32,095 nucleotides of DNA from Chitinophagaceae bacterium (GCA_043755055.1 JAYUTQ010000780.1:1-32095); one strand, 5' to 3'; counted from the stretch's first letter, positions 1 through 9,314 are shown. A program made the numbers and translations. Notes: generated from the letters alone by a model not told the origin.

Positions 1-153
1 TTGGTATCCATCAAGCTGGAAAATAGGGATTTTTTGCGGTGGGGCAAATATTTAAGATTTTCAATTTTATAAAAACGAGCTTTAAATAGTCGGCAGAAAT
101 GGCCTTTCGTTTGACTGATTTGAAAAAATATTTTTCTTAAAAACCCAGAACCA

Positions 154-161
154 TATATTTG
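154..161 (+). promoter_or_regulatory. Candidate Bacteroidota -7 promoter box (TATATTTG) for tRNA-Ala
   Basis: Exact match to the TAnnTTTG consensus, ending 10 nt before the tRNA 5' end. No well-spaced -33 TTTG was seen; the nearest TTTG (119-122) is too far away. Confidence 0.4.
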
Positions 162-171
162 CAGCCCTAAA

Positions 172-244
<73 letters not shown>

Positions 245-253
245 CACCACTTT

Positions 254-291
254 CCCCAAATCCTTTACCAGTAAGGTTTTGGGGATTTTTT
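254..291 (+). terminator. Intrinsic terminator after tRNA-Ala
   Basis: The inverted repeat CCCCAAA ... TTTGGGG encloses an inner CCTTTACCAGTAAGG hairpin and is followed by ATTTTTT. Confidence 0.6.
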
Positions 292-298
292 ATAATTC

Positions 299-322
299 TA
301 CAGACAAAACTACAGACAAAAC
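299..322 (+). repeat. Exact tandem 12-mer TACAGACAAAAC x2 between the tRNA terminator and the integrase start
   Basis: Read directly at 299-310 and 311-322. The position at the att-proximal junction suggests a recombinase or accessory-factor binding site, but this function is inferred only. Confidence 0.5.
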
Positions 323-326
323 CACC

Positions 327-1487
327 ATGGACGGCGGCCTCTACAAATTAGCCAAAATCTACAACGCCGGTGGCGATTTACAAAAACAGTGGTTTGTATA
401 TTTTTATCAGCGTAAAACTTTAAGTGAAAATTTTGTTCGTCAAAGATTATATGCCAACATCAATCAGTACAGGGAAAAGAAGGACAGAATGGAAATGGCC
501 AGACTGCTCCGGGACACTGTAAACACTTGTTTAAAAAGGGGTGATTTGTGGGCTTCTGATGAGCCGGACGAACAACAGGAAATTGATGGCCGCTATTATA
601 ACTGCATAGCAGCTTTACGTGAGGTAGTTAAAAACAAAACAGATCTAAGAAAAAAATCTGGTGCCACTTATTCCAGCATTGTAAACCTATTTGCCAAATA
701 TTGTAAAAAAACAGGCATTGATGTTTTGCCGGTTACATTCATTAAAGGCATTCATATACAACGGTATCAAACTACCATGGTTGCTGATGGTTTGTCACCC
801 ACTACAATAAATAACCGTATCAGGGACCTGGGCAATTTATTTAGTAAGCTGTGTAAATTAGATATTATACCAAAAAATCCCTGTGATGCTGTTGATAATT
901 TAAAACAAATTGAGAGTACTGTTTTTGAACCTTATACGGCTGAAGAATTGACCACAATAGCAGAGCATTTAAAACAACATGACCCTGAGTTATTTTTATT
1001 TTGGTTGCACATATATTACTGTTTTATGCGGCCTGCCACCATTGTAAAAATGAGGGGTTCGGATTATGATTTCGTCAATAAGAAAATACGAATAGCCGCT
1101 GTTGACCACAAAAACAATAAGAGTGCTACAAAGCAAATGATGCTGCCACTTTTTGAATATTTACTTGCATTTGGTGTAGATAAAATTGCACCGGGTACTT
1201 ATTTATTTGCTTCAAACTTAAAGCCTGGGCCAAAGCCCGGACATCCCAATAGAGCAGCTGAAAGATGGAGACAGCAAATAATTATTGGGCTTGGTATTGA
1301 TAAAAAATTGTATGCCGCTAAACATACCGGCGGTATTGATTACATAAATGCAAACTCCGGAGTTGAAGATATTAATTGGCTACAGCAGCAAATGAGCCAC
1401 CATAGTTTGAGTGAAACTCAAACCTATATTAAAAACCGCCAAACAAAAATGTTGGATGAAACAAAAGCCAACATCAAGAAAATTTAA
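327..1487 (+). CDS. int: Tyrosine recombinase / phage integrase
   Basis: The N-terminus KIYNAGGDLQKQWFVYFY is the arm-binding motif typical of Bacteroidota integrases. The C-terminal catalytic region carries FMRPATI (R), AAKHTGG (H) and SETQTYIKN (Y). The gene is adjacent to a tRNA. I prefer the start at Met17 (327) because the longer ORF from 279 overlaps the tRNA terminator. Confidence 0.9.
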   Translation: MDGGLYKLAKIYNAGGDLQKQWFVYFYQRKTLSENFVRQRLYANINQYREKKDRMEMARLLRDTVNTCLKRGDLWASDEPDEQQEIDGRYYNCIAALREVVKNKTDLRKKSGATYSSIVNLFAKYCKKTGIDVLPVTFIKGIHIQRYQTTMVADGLSPTTINNRIRDLGNLFSKLCKLDIIPKNPCDAVDNLKQIESTVFEPYTAEELTTIAEHLKQHDPELFLFWLHIYYCFMRPATIVKMRGSDYDFVNKKIRIAAVDHKNNKSATKQMMLPLFEYLLAFGVDKIAPGTYLFASNLKPGPKPGHPNRAAERWRQQIIIGLGIDKKLYAAKHTGGIDYINANSGVEDINWLQQQMSHHSLSETQTYIKNRQTKMLDETKANIKKI

Positions 1488-1563
1488 GTTCCATGAAATT
1501 TTATTGTTGTTAAGGCAGGAATGAGAGTTTAGCCCCTGCTTAGGCACCGGTCTTTTGCGTTGG

Positions 1564-1795
1564 CCAAAAATCCAAAAGGAAACGGAATAAATTGTGCCAG
1601 CCCGGTTCTTGCCGGGCGTGGGGGATTTTGAAGTTCAAGGGTGCGGCGTTGGGGCGGGTGGAAGGCTGTGGAAGCGTGGGCTGTGTGGGCGGCTCACAGT
1701 GTTCCAGCCGCTGTATTCTGTGCGTTGGCCTGCCGCTCCCTTGAACTTCAAAATGTGCGGTGGCTTTATGCCGTAGTCTTTTGGATTTTTGATGT
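1564..1795. repeat. MITE-like long imperfect palindrome, copy 1
   Basis: The termini CCAAAAATCCAAAAGG and CTTTTGGATTTTTG are inverted. The internal arms GGATTTTGAAGTTCAAGGGTGCGG and CCGCTCCCTTGAACTTCAAAATGTGCGG are also inverted. The element is visibly more GC-rich than its flanks. Confidence 0.8.
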
Positions 1796-1916
1796 GTGGC
1801 AGCAGCTTTGCCGGTGCAGGGGCTGAACGGTTGTTTTGTAGAAAAGCTTACAAAATAGGCCACCCCACTTTTAGATTTTTTAAACCTCGTACTTCAATAA
1901 CAAACCCCACTGTGCC

Positions 1917-2187
1917 CCAAAAATATCAAAGGTTGCGGGCTGTGTGTTGGGGTTTTGAAGTTCAGGGGTGTGGCTCAGGGGGCGGTTGAAAGTCTGTGAC
2001 TGGAGGGAGGCGAAATGAAGTGGCGTGGAACGATTGTAGCGTAGCGTAATGAGTGAAACAGAACGGAATGCAGCCGACTGGAAGGAACAGTCTTTCAAAC
2101 GCTGTATTTTGTGCGCTGGCTTGCCACTCCACTGAACTTCAAAATGTGCGGTGGCCTTTGCCCGTTGGCTTTGGGATTTTTGATAGT
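1917..2187. repeat. MITE-like long imperfect palindrome, copy 2
   Basis: Same architecture as copy 1: CCAAAAATATCAAAGG ... GGTTTTGAAGTTCAGGGGTGTGG ... CCACTGAACTTCAAAATGTGCGGTGGC ... CTTTGGGATTTTTGAT. The 3' arm is nearly identical to that of copy 1. Confidence 0.8.
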
Positions 2188-2210
2188 GAGGCCGCTTTCA
2201 ATTACCAGAA

Positions 2211-2245
2211 CAAAAAAATAACCCACATTACGAGTGTGGGTTATT
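2211..2245 (-). terminator. Intrinsic terminator ending the long minus-strand operon
   Basis: An 11-bp stem AATAACCCACA/TGTGGGTTATT with a 7-nt loop is followed on the minus strand by TTTTTTT. It lies about 60 nt after the last minus-strand CDS. Confidence 0.75.
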
Positions 2246-2304
2246 AAAACGATAAAAGCTTGACTTGTCTTTTTATTCAGTGGTTGTAAATGTACAATTA
2301 AATT

Positions 2305-2556
2305 TTAATTGTACACATCACCCCGGGGACCAACTTTAACTATGTCTACAACTACTTCTTCTTCGTACACATCATACAAAATTCTGTAAGAACCAACCCT
2401 GTATTTAAACCCTGCATCGTGGTTGGTAAGTGGTTCGCCTATTGTCGGATCATTGCCAATATTAATAATTGCACGCCTTATTCGCAGAGCGGTTGGCCGG
2501 TCCAGGCGTTTAATGTATTTTTCTGCATCACGCTTGATACTGAGTGTGTAGGGCAT
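2305..2556 (-). CDS. RelE/ParE-family type II toxin
   Basis: 83 aa. It has the family pattern ...KYIKRL...I...I..L..DP..GEPL.....G.YKYRVGSYRILYDV.EEEVVV.IVKVGPRGDVY and is coupled with a 3-nt gap to an upstream small ORF. Confidence 0.8.
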   Translation of the reverse strand: MPYTLSIKRDAEKYIKRLDRPTALRIRRAIINIGNDPTIGEPLTNHDAGFKYRVGSYRILYDVYEEEVVVDIVKVGPRGDVYN

Positions 2557-2559
2557 GTG

Positions 2560-2760
2560 TTATTCTTTAAATCCAAATTTTTTATCAATTCTTTTTTTTG
2601 CTTCCTCCCATGGAACACTAACGCCTTTTCTGGCTTGTTCCATTTCGGCTGCATCAATTAAATCTTCCAAATATTTTGCATGGTGTTTCATGCTTAATGT
2701 GGCATGTGTAACCTTACCGCTGTTATTTTTTATCAGTTTAACCCCTGCTATCCTTGCCAT
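2560..2760 (-). CDS. Putative antitoxin partner of the RelE/ParE toxin
   Basis: 66 aa counted from Met14 of the tracked ORF; the longer form would overlap the upstream CDS. It lies directly upstream of the toxin. I do not recognise the family. Confidence 0.6.
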   Translation of the reverse strand: MARIAGVKLIKNNSGKVTHATLSMKHHAKYLEDLIDAAEMEQARKGVSVPWEEAKKRIDKKFGFKE

Positions 2761-2770
2761 AATGTAAATT

Positions 2771-3751
2771 TTAATAAGCAAATCTACTACTTTTCCCAAA
2801 TGCTAAAAAGTGGATCATGGCCGGTTTTTGTTTAACAGCAGCATCAATAGCAGCTTTCATTGTTCGGCCACGGTATATCACATCATCAATGATCAGGATT
2901 CTTTTATCCTTCACCTCAGGGGTACAAGTAGCGTTGTGATTACTGAGCAGTTCCCGGAAAGGAATTTTATTTTTAGTGGCCACTCCCTTGGCCAAAGCTT
3001 TTGCTAAATCAAATGGGGAATCCCGGCCGTTTACAGATGTAACATAATCGTATTGGTTTGTTTTAACCTGGTCGGCCAATAAAACGATCATGCGGAATAA
3101 GGAAACCTTATCATCATAAAATTTGGCACTAATAACCAAGCGACCGGTAATATTAGGTTCACCGGCACCACCAGTAAACTTACCGGTATTTTTACCACGG
3201 TATACATCGCAAGGTAATAGGTAAACATGCTCTTTTATAATTTCCTGAATCCCTGCAAGCCTCACCTGCTGCAGGTAATCTTCCTCAATGTCGTACTGTG
3301 CAAAAATCATTTGTTTGAGTTTGCACAGATTAATAACATCCTCTCTGTTGTACTGCAGCACTAAACTTCTAACATGCGGCTTTCTCCAATCCTGGAAGAT
3401 GGAAAAGATATTGGCTTTGTATTCCATCCGGGATCGGTTAACATGATACAATTTTTCGATGGTGGCCAGCTTGTAGTTTTTTAAACCGGGCAAGGAATCT
3501 TTAAATACTTTTAAAAGGTTCACACAGTGGTAATTGCTCCGGATATCAATCCCAAAATATTTTTCAACAATCCCAATGTCCGGACCATAGAAATAGATAA
3601 TCCCTGTTGTGCCTTGCAACAGGGATTCAAAGTTTTCTGCAGTAAGTGAATCTTCATACATCTGGCCAAACACTTTTGAAGTCCGGCACCAGCCCAGGAG
3701 AAAGATATCGCCACCGATAAACCATTCAGCATCTAAATAGAGGTCAGCCAT
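2771..3751 (-). CDS. Fusion protein: RNase-H-like (YprB/PolB-exo-type) 3'-5' exonuclease domain plus ComF-type phosphoribosyltransferase domain
   Basis: The N-terminus has LYLDAEW (the DxE exo I motif), IIYFYGPDIG, and YNREDVINL near the end of the domain. The C-terminus has the PRPP-binding loop RILIIDDVIYRGRTMKAAIDA, preceded by a ComF-like DYVTSV...DLAKALAKGV segment. Confidence 0.65.
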   Translation of the reverse strand: MADLYLDAEWFIGGDIFLLGWCRTSKVFGQMYEDSLTAENFESLLQGTTGIIYFYGPDIGIVEKYFGIDIRSNYHCVNLLKVFKDSLPGLKNYKLATIEKLYHVNRSRMEYKANIFSIFQDWRKPHVRSLVLQYNREDVINLCKLKQMIFAQYDIEEDYLQQVRLAGIQEIIKEHVYLLPCDVYRGKNTGKFTGGAGEPNITGRLVISAKFYDDKVSLFRMIVLLADQVKTNQYDYVTSVNGRDSPFDLAKALAKGVATKNKIPFRELLSNHNATCTPEVKDKRILIIDDVIYRGRTMKAAIDAAVKQKPAMIHFLAFGKSSRFAY

Positions 3752-3765
3752 TATTTGACTGTTTT

Positions 3766-6700
3766 TTAGTTGTAAAAAACATTTGGTACCTCATACCATA
3801 ATCCATTTACCTTATCGTTCACAAACCGGATAGGAACGCCCACTGCTCTGCTAACAGTAATCAAAGGGGTAAGTTTGGCTCCGCTATTTGTAATGAATCC
3901 ATCTTCGGTTGGTACAAGCACGATGCTTACCCCATTTCTATGCTTGTATTGAGCAAACAGGTTGAAGTCCATTGACAAGTTAACCAGGTAATTGCTGAAT
4001 CGTATTTCATCGATGGTAGTGGCGCCTATTGTGTATTCATCAGCCACACCGCCATCTATGTACAATATGCGTCCTGAACCGGCAGAAGGAATACCCATAG
4101 CTGTTCTGTTAATGACCGCCACGGGATATGCTTGTGGTAGTGCCAAAGTGAATCCGGCATTGTAGGTAACAATATTAGGGTATCTGCCACGCTTGATGCT
4201 TATGTCCATTGGAATATCATTCACTATACCAAGTCCATCGTTATGGGTAGCTTTTAAACCGCTTCTTGTAAATTTGATGGCATTTCTGGCTATTATTCTT
4301 TCACCTGCTGAAAGCGCCCCTAAATTCACACTACTTAATACAGCAGTATCTAAGAAAGTCACATCAGTTAAAGGTAAATTAACAGCCGGTGATCCCTGAT
4401 CATAGAAAAGCTGTAAACCAACTTCTGAATCTTTGATAAGAACTTTGCCGCCATTTACAAACAGTAAACCATTGCTGTTTGTTACTACAATATCACTTGT
4501 TGGTCTTGTTATTGGATAATCAAAGAAACACTTGTTTATCTCTATTTTGTTTTGTGACAAACTCATGTTCCTGAGTGTACAATTTTCTATTTTGCCACCA
4601 ATAAACGGAAAGCCTGTTAACGTTTTACAGTTTTTAATTGAACCACTAATAGCGAAGTCATTAACAAAGTCACCGGCATTATCTATATCAACAGCACCTT
4701 GACATTGATAGTAGATTTGATATTCGGTGAAGAAACCTGTACCTCTTACAGCTTTACCTCGGGTTTTAGGTTGTGGTGAATCTTTGATAGTAAACAATCC
4801 ACCCTTGTTAGTAGTTCCATCACTGATCCTGAATACATCAGGACATTCTTCCACTATGAATCTTTCAAACTTAGTGTTTAGATTATTGTGATTGTATATA
4901 GGGTGACCTTTAGCACCTTGACCTGCTTCTCTAAAAGTAGCATTGATAGTCACATCACATAATTCATTCAAACATGCTTCCGTGATTGGATATGTCACAC
5001 CACCAATGGCAGCTGTTGTATTCCACTGACCTACTTTTATCTTCCTGTTATTCTGAAAATCAGTTAGCATTACATAGTCAATACGAGAGTACAATCTTAC
5101 TGTCTTGCCAATATAATGGTGCATCTCATCCAACGTCCGTTGAGTAGCAGATATAGGAACGGTTACAGTTGGTGAACCGTTAGTTACAGACACTCCACCG
5201 GAGGCTGGTTCGGCATCAAGATACAACTCGGTAAGTTTTTCACCCGGGTCAAACCACATCTTAGCATTAGCTTTTGTAACATCAGCATAGTTGGTTGACA
5301 ATGTTACTATGTAGTTATTTCCAGATATAACGATATTGCTTATGGTATGGGTGTTACGCTTTTTAATCTCAATTGGCGTGTTGAACACATTTATAGTGGA
5401 CTTGTAGAAATGATTATTGAATAAGAATGGTGAGTATTCTTTCTCAACTATTTCAAGGAAGTATTCAGCTCCTGTTTTGGTGTACGTACCGGTAAAATCT
5501 CTGTAGTGAACTATGGCTCCACCGGTTAACTTACTATCGATAACGTGAAACTCTTTACCACATATTTTAGAAGGATCACCATACAGTTCTGAATGCTTAA
5601 TCTCAAAACCAGCACATTCCAGCATACAATTTTTGAAATAGATACCTGCATGCATAAGAACTCTGTTGTGCCACAACTTAGGATTAAGGTTAGTTCCGTT
5701 AAAGAACATATAGTAGCATTTTTTTGCAGCATCCATGTAAACATCATTCTCTACATAAGTAGCTCCTGCATCATAAATTCCTCTGTATGTGAACCCGGTA
5801 ACAGCATCAAAGTCATGCGTGTAAACATCTCCATAGTTACTACGAAAAGGGGCCACATTTCTGTCAGGACAGTCAATATTTATATCAGCGTAGACTTTTT
5901 GACCGTGTCTTGTTGGTGTTATGTATGCGTTATTACCTATATCTCTAAAACAATCATAAGGTTGACTTACAGACAAATCTCTCGGAAATCTAACTGTAAA
6001 GTCTTTGAAGTATTTGATTGTTTCCGTGTTAAGAATGGGCTCACAGAAAAACAATACGCAATGAAATACGTGTATTCCAGGTGATGATTGTGGGTTATAT
6101 ACACCAACTCTATTCGGAACAGCATAATGAACACTAAGTATTGACTTGCCTTTACCCCGACCCCGTAAACCCACATTCTTACTAAACCAGAACGGGCTTT
6201 TTTCAACGGTGTTCGGTAGTGTTCCAAATGCAGGTTTAGCAGCCCATGTCGTTGAATGAAATGGCATAACACCTAAAGTACCGGCAGGAAGTAAAGGACT
6301 GTCTTTATTATTGTCTTCACAATGTTTGATTGCTTTAGCGATGCCGTCTGTAGCATCCCTAAACACCACTGCATTTGGTACAGGGTTGCCTCCCGAAAAT
6401 AAACCGGTTGTATCATTCAGAACTCCACGAGCTGTATCCAAGTTAACAATCGTTGCTACACCACTATTGATTGCAGTTATCTTGCAATTAAGACCTACCG
6501 GCATAGTGTTATAAGCAGTCCAAAGTCTGGCGCCTTCGATAACCATTGTTCGTCCTACATCGGAAGTTTTAAATGCAACCGAAGTTGGACCACTCACTCT
6601 TGTTTGATAGAAGATAGTGTCGTTTATTAATCCTAATTCATTAGAAACCCGATAACCATCTCCTACGTGTGCAGTGTACACCACTCCTATACGCACCCAA

Positions 6701-7251
6701 ACACCACCACGAAACTGTTCTACTATATCACCAACCAAAGGAACGGGCGTTGCTGTTGGGTGCATTTGAATAATGTTTGTGGCATTTCCATCTGCGCCTG
6801 TTGTAGCCTGAGAGCCAATGATACCATTACCCCAATATCTATATAAGTTTGAACTACTGAAACCGTTCCATCCAGTAACGATGCCTTTTAAACCTATACC
6901 TTTCTTTGTAGCTGTACCAGCTGCAGCATTTACATCAACAGTGATGTTTTCCAAATCTCCTATGGCGCCAAAGTAAGCTGCTTCAATATCACCTGCGTAC
7001 ACCCTTTCAAAAGCACCAGCCGCTACACCTACAATGGTAGGTTTTATGTTCATACCCGCGTTATCAGCAAGGTTGTTTAACGGGTTGTAATAAAAGGTGC
7101 CGCCACCGCCATCAGACGGAGTAAAGTAACCTAATACATCAACCGTTTTATTATTGATCGGAGTTAAATCTGTATATGCTTTTAATGCGGCTATGTTTTG
7201 AAAAACAATACCACTATTACCAGGTTTAGAAAATGTTGAGAATGAGGACAT
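3766..7251 (-). CDS. Large receptor-binding spike/fibre protein, probably right-handed beta-helix (pectate-lyase-like)
   Basis: 1161 aa. The sequence is Gly/Asn/Thr/Val-rich and beta-strand dominated. The N-terminal region (YFGAIGDLEN...) resembles the start of pectate-lyase-3-type tailspikes. It is the last large gene of the late module. Confidence 0.6.
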   Translation of the reverse strand: MSSFSTFSKPGNSGIVFQNIAALKAYTDLTPINNKTVDVLGYFTPSDGGGGTFYYNPLNNLADNAGMNIKPTIVGVAAGAFERVYAGDIEAAYFGAIGDLENITVDVNAAAGTATKKGIGLKGIVTGWNGFSSSNLYRYWGNGIIGSQATTGADGNATNIIQMHPTATPVPLVGDIVEQFRGGVWVRIGVVYTAHVGDGYRVSNELGLINDTIFYQTRVSGPTSVAFKTSDVGRTMVIEGARLWTAYNTMPVGLNCKITAINSGVATIVNLDTARGVLNDTTGLFSGGNPVPNAVVFRDATDGIAKAIKHCEDNNKDSPLLPAGTLGVMPFHSTTWAAKPAFGTLPNTVEKSPFWFSKNVGLRGRGKGKSILSVHYAVPNRVGVYNPQSSPGIHVFHCVLFFCEPILNTETIKYFKDFTVRFPRDLSVSQPYDCFRDIGNNAYITPTRHGQKVYADINIDCPDRNVAPFRSNYGDVYTHDFDAVTGFTYRGIYDAGATYVENDVYMDAAKKCYYMFFNGTNLNPKLWHNRVLMHAGIYFKNCMLECAGFEIKHSELYGDPSKICGKEFHVIDSKLTGGAIVHYRDFTGTYTKTGAEYFLEIVEKEYSPFLFNNHFYKSTINVFNTPIEIKKRNTHTISNIVISGNNYIVTLSTNYADVTKANAKMWFDPGEKLTELYLDAEPASGGVSVTNGSPTVTVPISATQRTLDEMHHYIGKTVRLYSRIDYVMLTDFQNNRKIKVGQWNTTAAIGGVTYPITEACLNELCDVTINATFREAGQGAKGHPIYNHNNLNTKFERFIVEECPDVFRISDGTTNKGGLFTIKDSPQPKTRGKAVRGTGFFTEYQIYYQCQGAVDIDNAGDFVNDFAISGSIKNCKTLTGFPFIGGKIENCTLRNMSLSQNKIEINKCFFDYPITRPTSDIVVTNSNGLLFVNGGKVLIKDSEVGLQLFYDQGSPAVNLPLTDVTFLDTAVLSSVNLGALSAGERIIARNAIKFTRSGLKATHNDGLGIVNDIPMDISIKRGRYPNIVTYNAGFTLALPQAYPVAVINRTAMGIPSAGSGRILYIDGGVADEYTIGATTIDEIRFSNYLVNLSMDFNLFAQYKHRNGVSIVLVPTEDGFITNSGAKLTPLITVSRAVGVPIRFVNDKVNGLWYEVPNVFYN

Positions 7252-7277
7252 GAAAATGATTTATGGTGTGTGATGAT

Positions 7278-8702
7278 TTAGCTACAAGCTGCGCAATCCA
7301 AAACAATAGAGAAGTTGCCAGCTGCGGTAATGGCAAAGTTTACAAACGTATAGGTCTGGATGTATTGTGGATCCGGACTATGGTTGATACAAGTAGTAAC
7401 TCCGTTGCTGTCGGTTACCCGGATTGAACCTGCATCGCCATAGACCTGAACCATTAATAACCCGACACCTACCGGTGCCCTACTTGTATTTTGTTGGCCG
7501 CTGGACAATGAGAACGGATGACCGCCTAAGACAATGACCGATTGCGCCCTGAATGCAACATCAATAATTTCGCCGCTGGTTACACAATTCAGGGTTTGTA
7601 TGATACCGCTTTGATGTGTTATAGGGCTGAAAGTAAAATTCCCTTCACCTGAATCCCCTATGCCGCCACCGGCGCAAACAGGATCTATGCGGAAAGTATG
7701 GAGATAACTGTCAGCCGCTCCGGATATTAAATAGCTAAGTGTGTTTACCTGCAGCCGGAATGTATTGTCAATATAAATATTGAATGCAACAGCACCGGTG
7801 CCCTCCCAGGTTAATAACACATCGTTACCCTGTTGAGTAGTAGCTACATTGAAAACGACAGCACTGCAAGCCGGTGGATCCGGAATAAAACTCCATTCCC
7901 CATTGATGCTGGTGCCCGGACCATTGGCGCACTTTGAAAGAATTGTGTACACATGCTGCAGGCCATCGACACCGTTTACTTTAAGATAAGTGGATCCAAT
8001 GGTATTTGTAATAAATGCGCCGTCAATAAATACATCATAGCTAACTGCACCGCTACCCGTCCAGGCAATTAATACATCGTTTCCTTGCCTTGTAGCAGTG
8101 CTCTGGCTTACGGTTGCAGCACAAGGAACGCAATACTGAAATGTGCCATTTAAAGAAGTACCACCAATACCGTTACTGCATTTAGCTACAATCAGGTAGG
8201 TATGTAAGCTGCAATCAGCACCATTCAAAACCTTAAATACATTACTTACTGCCTGAGCGGATGAATTCCCAAAAAAAATGCCATCAATAAATAAATCTGC
8301 AGTAACACCTGCAAGTACACCAAGTGTATAAGAAATCAGTACATCGTTATTATCCCGGGCTGTGTTTGCAGTTAAAACTACGCCCGTACATACACCGCTA
8401 TTGTCGAAACTGAATGCACCGCTGCGGGCCGTGCCTGCCACACCATTTAAACATCTTGGAACAATGTTATAAGTGTGTGCTCCGGGAGATGGACCTGAAA
8501 TATTGAAAAATGTATTTGTAGTGTTAATCTGAAATGCACCGTCAATAAACACATCGTAAGAAACAGCACCGGTGGCCACCCAACTAATTATAATATTGAT
8601 GCCGGCTTGTATGTAAGACGAACCGGAAACAACAGCATTGCAAACAGGTGTGGATGCAGCGCAACAGATATTATTGAAGAAATTATTTTGTGTGCTGTCC
8701 AT
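7278..8702 (-). CDS. Virion-associated protein with four tandem Cys-framed Ig/FN3-like repeats
   Basis: There are four units of about 90 aa with the pattern C..VV......GNDVLI.W.G.GAVSYDVFIDGAF....HTY.I...C.NG.G....G.F.F. The matching DNA repeats are visible around 8020-8060 and 8535-8575. Confidence 0.6.
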   Translation of the reverse strand: MDSTQNNFFNNICCAASTPVCNAVVSGSSYIQAGINIIISWVATGAVSYDVFIDGAFQINTTNTFFNISGPSPGAHTYNIVPRCLNGVAGTARSGAFSFDNSGVCTGVVLTANTARDNNDVLISYTLGVLAGVTADLFIDGIFFGNSSAQAVSNVFKVLNGADCSLHTYLIVAKCSNGIGGTSLNGTFQYCVPCAATVSQSTATRQGNDVLIAWTGSGAVSYDVFIDGAFITNTIGSTYLKVNGVDGLQHVYTILSKCANGPGTSINGEWSFIPDPPACSAVVFNVATTQQGNDVLLTWEGTGAVAFNIYIDNTFRLQVNTLSYLISGAADSYLHTFRIDPVCAGGGIGDSGEGNFTFSPITHQSGIIQTLNCVTSGEIIDVAFRAQSVIVLGGHPFSLSSGQQNTSRAPVGVGLLMVQVYGDAGSIRVTDSNGVTTCINHSPDPQYIQTYTFVNFAITAAGNFSIVLDCAACS

Positions 8703-8717
8703 CCTGAAGAGTGTGAA

Positions 8718-9269
8718 TTATGGTTTTGTAATAGCAATTTTTATTGTGCCATTTAAAGCCTGAAAAAAGAAACTTTTATTGAGGAGTGTTGTGGCTGTCC
8801 ATCCATCACTTTCACCAACCACGATAGGTATTGCAGTTGCACCGTCAATACTTAAAGTACCACCTTGCCCATCAGTTACTTTATAGCTAATGCTATGAAC
8901 TGTATTGGCAGCAATGTTTACAGAATCATCAGCTGTTAAAAAGATAAACTGAGGTGTGTTGTAATTAGCTCCACCACTACCGCCACCACCAATGGCATCT
9001 GCCAGTTCATCAATATTGCAAATCTGAACAATTTGTTTATTGATTGCCACCACCTGCAGGGCTTTTTGTGGTGTGCCAATATTAACACCTGCACAATCCT
9101 TTGGCTGAAATGTGGTGCTTACCCCACAGATGTCTACTTTAAGCACATTGGGGTCAAGGTCCCCGCATTGTGCATATAGTTTATCTTTAATTTCTTCCAG
9201 CAGCTCCCTGCTACTTGCTAAAGCATAATCGCCGCTATCGTAAGGTTTTACCCGTCCTGTTTTGTACAT
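8718..9269 (-). CDS. Hypothetical virion protein (beta-rich, GGGGSGG linker)
   Basis: 183-aa ORF, co-oriented and tightly spaced within the late module. Confidence 0.6.
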   Translation of the reverse strand: MYKTGRVKPYDSGDYALASSRELLEEIKDKLYAQCGDLDPNVLKVDICGVSTTFQPKDCAGVNIGTPQKALQVVAINKQIVQICNIDELADAIGGGGSGGANYNTPQFIFLTADDSVNIAANTVHSISYKVTDGQGGTLSIDGATAIPIVVGESDGWTATTLLNKSFFFQALNGTIKIAITKP

Positions 9270-9314
9270 GTTCTAAGAATTTAGTATTAAGTATTTAGTA
9301 CAGAGACTAGATGC

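Noticed and set aside
279-326. The longer integrase start at 279 given in the ORF track
   Set aside because: The first 16 codons overlap the tRNA terminator hairpin and T tract and the 12-mer tandem repeat (which gives the TDKTTDKT peptide). Met17 at 327 is followed immediately by the conserved integrase N-terminal motif.
1540-2247. Five overlapping tracked ORFs (1540-1863 -, 1594-1776 +, 1641-1826 +, 1789-1989 +, 1880-2098 -, 2053-2247 +)
   Set aside because: They lie entirely within the two palindromic MITE-like repeats. Their recurring peptides (FEVQGCG, LELQNVRW) are just translations of the repeat arms. They overlap each other in several frames and have odd Cys/Trp/Gly-rich composition.
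7278-8702. A diversity-generating retroelement target in the repeat protein
   Set aside because: There is no RT gene and no template/variable repeat pair with adenine-specific differences. The repeats are ordinary intragenic domain duplications.
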